Assembly: GCF_014280195.1 (NCBI RefSeq)
Contig: NZ_CP047960.1
Coordinates: 390,001-422,000, forward strand
Reading direction: 5' to 3'
DNA length: 32,000 bases
DNA from: Synechococcus sp. A15-24
Lineage (GTDB): Bacteria; Cyanobacteriota; Cyanobacteriia; PCC-6307; Cyanobiaceae
Shown one piece after another: positions 24,879-32,000 of the stretch; the stretch's first letter is position 1, and each line of letters starts with the position of its first letter. The notes below the pieces were generated by a model, which was given only the letters and a program-made list of their open reading frames with translations, was not told where the DNA came from and ran no database searches. The position numbers and the translations under genes were made by a program.

Positions 24879-25031
24879 TCATGGGTCTGGACCTCGTCCA
24901 TCCAATGTATGCAACCGCTCCCGTTCCAACCGCAGGTAGCGCTTGCGTTGAGCTGAGCAGAGCGCATCGGCCTCCTCCAGGTCGACGTGCCAGCCAGCGG
25001 CTAGTCGATGGTCGGCTTCCTCATGCGTCAT
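24879..25031 (-). CDS. hypothetical 50-aa ORF (unlisted)
   Basis: MTHEEADHRLAAGWHVDLEEADALCSAQRKRYLRLERERLHTLDGRGPDP, in a GC-rich patch. Confidence 0.3.
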   Translation of the reverse strand: MTHEEADHRLAAGWHVDLEEADALCSAQRKRYLRLERERLHTLDGRGPDP

Positions 25032-25257
25032 GAACCTGCACAGGCAGCGGCAAGCGCCCCCTGCTGCCTAATGATGGTCTCTTCTTCACCTGTTGCGACC
25101 TCTGAACTATTGGTTTTAGAAAGTTGTGCGGATAGCCAACCGTCTTCGGGCTTACGCATGGCAAGCCATTTACATAAATCCTAATATTTTTACATCGTAT
25201 CGATGGCAACAAACGAGTGGACGTCCATCAGGTTAATGTGAGAAAAATTTATTTAAA

Positions 25258-25677
25258 ATGCTAATCTTCATTGTCACAACGCTCTTTTCCCTAATTGTTT
25301 TTATGCTTCCAGCTGTTGCCAGCGCTGAACCTATTACAGTTACTGATATGTTCAGTTCATCCACAACTATTGAGGGAGATACGTTTAACTATCCCTCCGG
25401 TCAAGCTGAAATGCGTCTAGTGCGCGCTGAATTTGAGGAAGGTGCAACTTTTCCCCTTCACACTCATGCAACGCCATTGCTTGGCTACATCGAACAGGGG
25501 GAATTGACCTTAACTAAGGAGGATGGAACGAGTCAATCGTGGGGAACGGATGAGTCCTTTGTTCTTGGCCCCAAAACTCCTCCTCACACAATGGGAAACA
25601 CTGGCAAAGGCACTGCAGTGATGTGGGTGACTTTCGCGGCTACCAAAGACCTGCCCAATCTTGATCTGGCATCTTGA
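25258..25677 (+). CDS. secreted cupin-domain protein
   Basis: A signal peptide ends in AVASA. Cupin motifs are FPLHTHATPLLGYIEQGEL and PPHTMGNTG. Confidence 0.75.
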   Translation: MLIFIVTTLFSLIVFMLPAVASAEPITVTDMFSSSTTIEGDTFNYPSGQAEMRLVRAEFEEGATFPLHTHATPLLGYIEQGELTLTKEDGTSQSWGTDESFVLGPKTPPHTMGNTGKGTAVMWVTFAATKDLPNLDLAS

Positions 25678-25898
25678 TAGACGGCTTTGTAATTGTTGGC
25701 TCGCAAAAATTTTTTCTACAGAATTGACAGGATGAGATGTTTGCTTATTTTTGAATGCCTGATTGATTAACCTGCCGAAATTTTACGACAAAACCTCTCA
25801 CGTATATATGCAACCCTGTTTGCAATGGCGGGGGTTTTCACATGGACCACCAAGGAAGCTGGCGAAAGTCACTGACTTGATCAAGCGAATCCAAGCTT

Positions 25899-26123
25899 TT
25901 ACTTCTGGCCCCAGTTGAATCCGAACCGCTGCTGAGCAGAAGCTTCCATCTCCCTGCGGATCTGCTGCATCGCTTCGCGAGCAAATGCCTTTTCATTCTC
26001 CTGTGCAGTAATGATCTGCTTCGTAAGAGCACGGAGCTTTTCAATGTCCTCGCAGCCATCGATCTCTTTGAAGGCTGCTTCCAAATGAAACCTTTGCTCA
26101 ACTGACAAGACATGATTGGTCAT
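25899..26123 (-). CDS. NblA-like (phycobilisome degradation protein-like) small protein
   Basis: LSVEQRFHLEAAFKEIDGCEDIEKLRALTKQIITAQENE matches the NblA N-terminal pattern LS.EQQF.l..f...v.................... Confidence 0.5.
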   Translation of the reverse strand: MTNHVLSVEQRFHLEAAFKEIDGCEDIEKLRALTKQIITAQENEKAFAREAMQQIRREMEASAQQRFGFNWGQK

Positions 26124-26187
26124 TAGAGATACGTAAAGGAGTACAGCCCTGCTGATATGGCAAGGCTGCTAATCAATCGGTGATGAC

Positions 26188-26352
26188 TCAGGCTGCAGAA
26201 ATGCTGTATGGAGCTTCAGGGGCGCTGGTGGGCATGGGGTCGAGCTTGCCTTGTGCCAATGCTTTGGCGCGGACATACATCTGACTTGATGTGGCACCAG
26301 CTGCTTCCATTGCCTTGGCGACGATGGCCCAGTTACGAACTTCGGTAGACAT
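26188..26352 (-). CDS. small conserved hypothetical
   Basis: MSTEVRNWAIVAKAMEAAGATSSQMYVRAKALAQGKLDPMP... It resembles small picocyanobacterial island proteins, from memory only. Confidence 0.4.
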   Translation of the reverse strand: MSTEVRNWAIVAKAMEAAGATSSQMYVRAKALAQGKLDPMPTSAPEAPYSISAA

Positions 26353-26599
26353 TTGAGGCTGAATTGAAGACGAAACAACCATCGCCAGCCAACAGACCTA
26401 GCCGTGACGGTGAAAACCGCCAAGGGACCGAACACGCGAAACGAGAAGTTCGCTGCTATGTACCTGGTTTCTCCGAGTGTTCGTCTGGCTTTGGGCGGTA
26501 ACGAGACGTGGCACATAACAGGCCAAAACGCCTGTTTTGCGTTGCCACTGCATCACCAGCGCAACAGCGGGGAACACTTCAGGCAGTCACGTCTGACCA

Positions 26600-26728
26600 A
26601 TGCCTCAAGACACCCGCATCGCCCTGTTCTTACTGGCTGAACTGGTGGCAGCACTGCAAGCCAATGACCCTGACAAGTTCAAGCGGTGGCTGTATGGCGG
26701 CATTCAAACCCAGGAGAAGCTGCCGTGA
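26600..26728 (+). CDS. hypothetical 42-aa ORF (unlisted)
   Basis: MPQDTRIALFLLAELVAALQANDPDKFKRWLYGGIQTQEKLP. Confidence 0.3.
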   Translation: MPQDTRIALFLLAELVAALQANDPDKFKRWLYGGIQTQEKLP

Positions 26729-26957
26729 CTGAGTTGCTGCTGGATTGGATTTACCTGTTCATCACACGAGTCGAGAGGGACAGGATGGTGGCGTAGCACC
26801 TAGGAGTGAGCCTCAATTATTTTTGGTGGAGCAGCCAGGCAATCACCCACTCCAGGCATTCTGATCGTTCTAAGGTCGGATCGAACGAATCACGCAACAT
26901 ATGGCAGCCTAGAACTAGCTGACAAAAGAACCTACAGTTGCTAAATCCGAGTCTGCG

Positions 26958-27329
26958 ATGATCAAACCCATGTCCTTGCGAACCAAAGCAGATTTAATCA
27001 AAACAGCAATGATCTTGATCATGGGCGTTGCTACTGGTTCTTTCGGAGGGACAGCACAGGCATTCCCAGTGGATAGCCCGCAATCATTTAAGAATTACTT
27101 AAATAGCCAAATAAATTGGAATGATGGATATGGAATAACCATTGAATCGGTCAGCGAATGCTACCGAACATATAAGAATAACGGGAAAGTCAAGGCTTAT
27201 GTCTGCAAGAACGGCGAAGTGGACAGAATCTCACCTAAAGGAGAAAAGAGCACGTGCAAGGTCGATTTTGTACGACTAACCAGAAAGGGCAAACTAAAGT
27301 TGACGACCGCAAATTGTAAGTATAAATAA
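26958..27329 (+). CDS. small secreted Lys-rich protein
   Basis: A signal/TM segment (AMILIMGVATGSFGGTAQA) and 4 Cys in the mature part. Confidence 0.55.
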   Translation: MIKPMSLRTKADLIKTAMILIMGVATGSFGGTAQAFPVDSPQSFKNYLNSQINWNDGYGITIESVSECYRTYKNNGKVKAYVCKNGEVDRISPKGEKSTCKVDFVRLTRKGKLKLTTANCKYK

Positions 27330-27652
27330 TCGATGGCCCATGAAACAATCGATAGCGGCTATTGCTGGTTGTGCGTGTCATCGACAAAGGTGCTGAGGTT
27401 TTAATTGAACCGTCGCCCCGTCAATAATGGCGGGTTTTTTATTGCTTACTGCGCTTAGCAGGCCTGCCTCTGCTTGACTGCCCTGATGGCGTCCTGGGAA
27501 GGTCCTGGCTCTGTCTTCGGGCTCATCACCCGAGCCGTACCTAACGGTGCTGACTTTCCGCAATGCACGTTGCGACCGTTGCATTTAGAATAGATATTAG
27601 AAAACTCCACGTGGCCATATCCAAGGACCACCATCACCCTCTCACAAAATCA

Positions 27653-28195
27653 ATGAGATTCTTTCTATACTTAATGCTTGGATGCATCCTTGTCACCCCT
27701 GCTGCACTTAGTCACGGAGGTCATAATCATGGATCTTCCGAAGAAATGATGGTTCCAGGTGAAAATAAGAATGGTGTAGAAATCAATCTTTATAGAGATA
27801 AGTCCTGTAGCTGCTGCAAAAAGTGGGGAGCCAGAATGGTCGAATCCGGCTATCAAGTTATAGACCATATATCTGAAGATATAAATTCACTTAAGACAAC
27901 CGAGGGAATTACACCTGACCTGGCTTCTTGTCACACGGCGTTTGTGGATGGCTATTTAATAGAAGGGCATGTTCCCGCTGAGTCGATTGACAAACTTCTA
28001 AAAGATAGTCCAGATATCATTGGTCTTGTTGTGCCAGGAATGCCACTTGGCTCTCCGGGAATGAAACCCACGCCTTCGGCTATAGAAGAATATGACGTGT
28101 TAGCAATAGACTTTGATGGGAAAGCCTTTGTATTTGACAGCTATCAAGGCCAAATCGGAGTTGGGAAAGATTCGCAAGATTCCCATCAGTATTAG
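27653..28195 (+). CDS. DUF411 / CopG-like periplasmic metal-binding protein
   Basis: A signal peptide, a His-rich HGGHNHG stretch, the CxCC motif (CSCCKKW), CHTAFVDGYLIEGHVP and GMPLGSPGM. The start is taken at the internal ATG 27653. Confidence 0.8.
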   Translation: MRFFLYLMLGCILVTPAALSHGGHNHGSSEEMMVPGENKNGVEINLYRDKSCSCCKKWGARMVESGYQVIDHISEDINSLKTTEGITPDLASCHTAFVDGYLIEGHVPAESIDKLLKDSPDIIGLVVPGMPLGSPGMKPTPSAIEEYDVLAIDFDGKAFVFDSYQGQIGVGKDSQDSHQY

Positions 28196-28301
28196 ACGCA
28201 ACACAGCTTGCGACTGTTTAGGTCAGAATCAATCCAGCATCTCTACTAGGATGAAGCGCCTTCTTGCATTCGGCACTATTTCCCACTACGGAGTTCATTG
28301 A

Positions 28302-29153
28302 ATGAAAGCATCAAAAATACATTCTAAAACTGCTTTAGTCACAGGATGCTCCTCAGGCATTGGTGAAGGTATAGCCAATTGCCTGCGTGAAGTCGGTTGG
28401 GATGTTTTTCCAACTGCTAGATCAGAGTCTGATCTCCAAAAGCTACATTCCAGGGGCTTTGATGCCCTGCGGCTGGATCTAAGCGACTCGATATCTATTG
28501 ATAATTGCGTGTCGGGTTTAATGCGAAAAACTCCGCTGGGAATTGGCGCAATAGTTAACAATGCAGGCATTGCGATACCTGGCGCTGTTGAAGACTTGAC
28601 CCGCGATAACTTGAGAGCCCAATTTGAGGTAAATGTTTTTGGATTGCAGGAGTTGACAAATAAATTTGTGCCCATATTTCGCAACCAGGGGTGGGGGAGA
28701 ATAGTTAATATTAGTTCAATTTATGGTATTCTCTCAGCACCAATGGTGGGTGGCTATTGTGCCTCAAAGCATGCACTTGAAGCTCTCTCTAACGCCCAGA
28801 GAATGGAGCTTCGCAACAGTGGCATTGCGTTGAGTCTTGTAGAGCCTGGCCCCATTCTCTCCCGCTTTCGGGGGAATGCATATGAAAGCTTGCGCAAAAA
28901 AATCTCCAAAGAAGATTATTTTTATAGTGAATACAAAAAGACCCTCAAACGCAAATTGGGAAAATCTCAGAAAAATAAATTATTTACGCTGAGGCCTGAG
29001 CACGTAGCAGAAAAGGTAGTTCATGCGTTAACAAGTGATCGCCCAAAAAGAAGATATCTCGTAACATACCTGGCGCATGCTGGATATATCATGTCGAGAG
29101 TATTGCCTGACTTTGCAATCGATTACTTCATGAAAAAATCAGTGAATTTCTGA
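28302..29153 (+). CDS. short-chain dehydrogenase/reductase (SDR)
   Basis: TGCSSGIG cofactor motif, NNAG, and the catalytic YCASK. Confidence 0.9.
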   Translation: MKASKIHSKTALVTGCSSGIGEGIANCLREVGWDVFPTARSESDLQKLHSRGFDALRLDLSDSISIDNCVSGLMRKTPLGIGAIVNNAGIAIPGAVEDLTRDNLRAQFEVNVFGLQELTNKFVPIFRNQGWGRIVNISSIYGILSAPMVGGYCASKHALEALSNAQRMELRNSGIALSLVEPGPILSRFRGNAYESLRKKISKEDYFYSEYKKTLKRKLGKSQKNKLFTLRPEHVAEKVVHALTSDRPKRRYLVTYLAHAGYIMSRVLPDFAIDYFMKKSVNF

Positions 29154-29209
29154 CTGGCTTTAAATTCTTTCCGGAACTGCATTTACATAATAGCGATTGC
29201 GATTAATTC

Positions 29210-29503
29210 CTAGAAGTAGAGAAGGCTTGAGCGACATAAGCGGAGTGCCTCTATTGCTGCATTAACTGATGTCTTTGTTGGAACAGTTAGGCCTTCAGGA
29301 ATCACTAGCTCATTATTGGGATTCAAGTGCACCCTTGCTGAGAACCAGGTCCCGCCGCCAGTAACCGATGCGCGGCAAATGGGCTCTTGCTGTTCCGAGA
29401 GCTTTCTCTCGATCAACCAGCCATGCGTGCTATCAAGCTTTTGAAAGCCTTGTGCCATTGCTGGTGGACCTATTAGCGCCAGTAAAAGCCAAGTCCTTAC
29501 CAT
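29210..29503 (-). CDS. small secreted protein
   Basis: The signal peptide is MVRTWLLLALIGPPAMAQG. Confidence 0.5.
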   Translation of the reverse strand: MVRTWLLLALIGPPAMAQGFQKLDSTHGWLIERKLSEQQEPICRASVTGGGTWFSARVHLNPNNELVIPEGLTVPTKTSVNAAIEALRLCRSSLLYF

Positions 29504-29629
29504 AGAAATCGGAGTCTTTAATTACAGTTTGGCTTTGACCCGCTTCGGGTGCTTAGCTCTTTTCTTTCTACTTGACGTAATTCTTCTTCTACAAGTCACC
29601 CCAGACGTAGTGACGATGAGTCTGAAGGG

Positions 29630-29890
29630 TTAGCTGCGACATAACCGCTTGTAGTACCTGAAGAACTGTGGCCCAAGGTGTTTTGAAGGGTGAATACGTC
29701 GCACCCGCGCCTGATGCTGTGAGTTGCATGGGTATGTCGCCATTTCTATGTCACGCAGACACGTTCGCCTGCTGCACCCCCACTTCATAGTCAGCTGAGA
29801 CGCAGCATCAGTTGGTGGAACACCACTGCTGATCAGCTGTAGAGCCTCGTTACGACGTTGCTTGCGTTGTTGGCGTGTAGTGATTGTCAT
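29630..29890 (-). pseudogene. truncated or diverged paralog of the HTH gene at 16368..16748
   Basis: The first 50 or so codons (MTITTRQQRKQRRNEALQLISSGVPPTDAASQLTMKWGCSRRTCLRDIEMA) are about 90 percent identical at nt level to 16368-16517. The remainder is non-homologous and low-complexity. Confidence 0.45.
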
Positions 29891-30031
29891 GGTGTTAAGA
29901 GAGATTTATTGGGTCAGCTACTTAGTGGTGATGACACGGGAGTTTCGTAACCAGTGGTTGCTGCTCCTAGTTTGTAACAACAGCGCCAGTCGTAAGTGAG
30001 TAGCTATAAAAACTTCTCTTGGCAGTTACCC

Positions 30032-30139
30032 ATGAACACTTCCCAGATGCTGATCGCATTCCTTGCGTTCGGTGCCTCTGCTAGTTCAATCGTCGCTTGG
30101 CGGTTTGCCGCGTCCAGAATCTGGAGCGATGATCAATGA
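30032..30139 (+). CDS. 35-aa TM mini-ORF (unlisted)
   Basis: MNTSQMLIAFLAFGASASSIVAWRFAASRIWSDDQ. Its stop overlaps the next ATG (ATGA). Confidence 0.3.
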   Translation: MNTSQMLIAFLAFGASASSIVAWRFAASRIWSDDQ

Positions 30140-30258
30140 TTCCTGTATCTGCTGTCGCGCTGACAGTGCTCCTCAAGCCTCTGCGGGCCATCGCTGCTTG
30201 GCGTGACGGCTTTTTTAAATCACCTAAGCGGTTAGAGGAAAATCACACGTTGCGTTGA
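30136..30258 (+). CDS. 40-aa TM mini-ORF (unlisted)
   Basis: MIPVSAVALTVLLKPLRAIAAWRDGFFKSPKRLEENHTLR. Confidence 0.3.
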   Translation: MIPVSAVALTVLLKPLRAIAAWRDGFFKSPKRLEENHTLR

Positions 30259-30741
30259 TGCGGCTTAAAGCTTTTGTTTGGTGAGATGTGATACGACTTC
30301 CTCCGAAAGAGCAGGCCTAGACCAAAGTAAATAAGGTTTTACCCATGACGATCCACATCACCAACGCCCAATCGATTGGAAGTCTCATCGTTGAGGGTAA
30401 ACACAGCCCGTTTCATGCTTTGGCCTGCCCACTAGTAAGTATCTCTCGTGAAGTTGATTTTGTGGAAGTTTTCGCTGAGAAAACTTTCAGCGTACAGGAT
30501 CTGCCACGGCCACTTGATGTGAGGCGTGCGATACCGGTGGCCTGAAGCGCATCCCGAAGGGGCTGGTGCTTGCTGCTGTTCAGGTGACAGCAGAAGTGGC
30601 ATCACTCTCTTTCCTCCCAACACACACACCACTACACACAGCCCATATCAAGAGAAACACCCGTCAGTGACTGCAATTATGTGCGGCCCATATCTCATGA
30701 CCCGAATGGCCTACGTCCAGAATTTATGGGCCTCCCCCCTT

Positions 30742-30876
30742 TTACAAGGGGGGAGGGGCGGTAAAAACTTTTGCCCCCCTACAGCAGGCACGATCTCCTG
30801 TCCTTTGGATTTGCCGATCCTTGACGCCACGGTTGCGAGGCAAGCTTTCAAGCCATTGGACGTAGTCGCGATTCAT
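30742..30876 (-). pseudogene. relic of the MNRDY N-terminal module
   Basis: MNRDYVQWLESLPRNRGVKDRQIQ... is homologous to the N-terminus of 19779.., then degenerates. It ends inside a perfect 9-bp G/C hairpin (30731-30739 / 30748-30756). Confidence 0.45.
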
Positions 30877-31095
30877 CTTCTGTGGCTAGTAATGGAACTG
30901 AGACTCGTCCGCAAGTGGTGTTGCGGACTTGGCTCAGGCGATACGCCATGAGAATGCGGCGGATTGCCCTGTCAGGAAAGGAGTGGAGGCAAGCGCGACC
31001 AACCAACACTTTCATCGTTAAAAAAGGGCATAAACACGTATTGCCTTGCCGGGAATCAATGCGATCCTTATAAAAATGCCTCTAGCCGCTGCTTC

Positions 31096-31791
31096 ATGTT
31101 CATCACTGTCTTTGGTCAGAAGGGTGGTGTTGCCAAAACATGTACCAGTGTGCATCTAGCAGCATGCTGGAGCCATCAGCAAAAACGAGTGATCCTGGTT
31201 GATGCTGACCGCAACCGCTCAGCAACTGCTTATGGAGCCAGAGGTCTCTTACCTTTTCCAACAGTGCCAATTGAAGCTGCAGCCAAAGCCACTCGATCGG
31301 CAGAGATTGTTATTACAGATGGACAAGCAAGCAGTAACGAAGAAGAGATGAAAAACTTAGTGGAGGGGGCTGATTGCATTGTGCTACCAACGACCACCCA
31401 GAGCAGATCAGTCGAATTGACAGTCGAGATGTCACAAATGCTGAGGCAATACAAAGTCCCCTATGCTGCACTACTTGTCAAAGTGGATGCACGCAAAGAA
31501 GCTGCAGCGATGCAAGCGAAAGATTTACTCCAGGGATTTGATATCAAAGTTTTAATTGCACAAATTCCACTGCTTAGCGCCTTTGAACAAGCAGAAACAG
31601 AAGGGGTAACGGTTGATCAGGCAATTGATAAGCGTGGACGTGCGAATCCGCGTAGAATGATGGGTTGGACTGCATATAGTAATGCCTGCAAAGAAATTGA
31701 AGGTATATTTGAGGGGCTCCGTAAACAGGATCAAAGACAGTCGCCAATCGGGTGGGACTTCACTCCCATAGAAAAACGCAACGCGGCATAA
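31096..31791 (+). CDS. parA: ParA/Soj-family partition ATPase
   Basis: Deviant Walker A (FGQKGGVAKT) and VILVDADRN. The start is taken at the internal ATG 31096. Confidence 0.85.
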   Translation: MFITVFGQKGGVAKTCTSVHLAACWSHQQKRVILVDADRNRSATAYGARGLLPFPTVPIEAAAKATRSAEIVITDGQASSNEEEMKNLVEGADCIVLPTTTQSRSVELTVEMSQMLRQYKVPYAALLVKVDARKEAAAMQAKDLLQGFDIKVLIAQIPLLSAFEQAETEGVTVDQAIDKRGRANPRRMMGWTAYSNACKEIEGIFEGLRKQDQRQSPIGWDFTPIEKRNAA

Positions 31792-32000
31792 TACTATTGT
31801 CGCTGAATCAAATTTCCTCACGATTGAAGAGGAAAAGCTTGGCGGTCTGTTGGACGATTAGGCGTGAACTGCAAGTTGCCGCAATTTCGCTTGCGACTGT
31901 TTGACTCCGCAGCCACTACTCCGTCAGCACACGTCACAATGACGAAATGAAACGACCCCTGCTGCATGCGCTATTGGCTACTCCTCGCCTGAAGTGGTTC

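Larger units (their letters stand above)
9333..32000. mobile_element. genomic island inserted at the ssrA 3' end (tycheposon-like or other integrative-element remnant); right end not in window
   Basis: There is an abrupt by-eye GC drop right after the tmRNA gene. Contents are HTH/excisionase-like + RepA-like ATPase, ParA, accessory cargo, a tRNA fragment, many repeats and small ORFs. No integrase is seen. Confidence 0.7.

Noticed and set aside
30526-30951. Listed 141-aa plus ORF
   Set aside because: It spans the gene-relic repeat, a CACA-rich tract and the G/C hairpin. The opposite strand carries the recognisable MNRDY relic.

Overview
This window looks like a high-GC marine Synechococcus-type chromosome, judged from composition, gene content and the tmRNA tag ANNIVRFSRQAAPVAA.

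Bases 1-9332 are ordinary core genome:
- msrB (5' partial), a small membrane ORF, a PRC-barrel protein and smc.
- A small conserved ORF and a decayed gene with two frameshifts and one stop.
- A YqjD/YqjE-like pair and a THUMP/class-I methyltransferase.
- A circularly permuted (two-piece) tmRNA gene.

Directly after ssrA (about 9333) the GC content drops by eye and stays patchy to the window end. I read this as a genomic island of at least 22.7 kb. It contains:
- A frameshifted HTH/excisionase-like gene coupled to a RepA/AAA_25-type ATPase at the left end, and a ParA ATPase at the right end. No integrase is visible in the window.
- Metal-related cargo: an unlisted SmtA-type metallothionein, a DUF411/CopG-like CxCC protein, a cupin and an SDR.
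- An NblA-like ORF and many small secreted or membrane ORFs.
- A truncated tRNA-Arg 3' fragment, which looks like an att scar.
- An unusually dense set of internally repeated modules.

The best novelty candidate is a two-copy composite module (20461-21308 and about 23836-24866). It has a conserved, apparently non-coding element with nested AGAAC/GTTCT palindromes and a 13-bp interrupted stem. Convergent to it are unlisted CxxC mini-proteins that show purifying selection.

All coordinates were derived by hand and may be off by a few nt. Family names are recalled from motifs, not searched.
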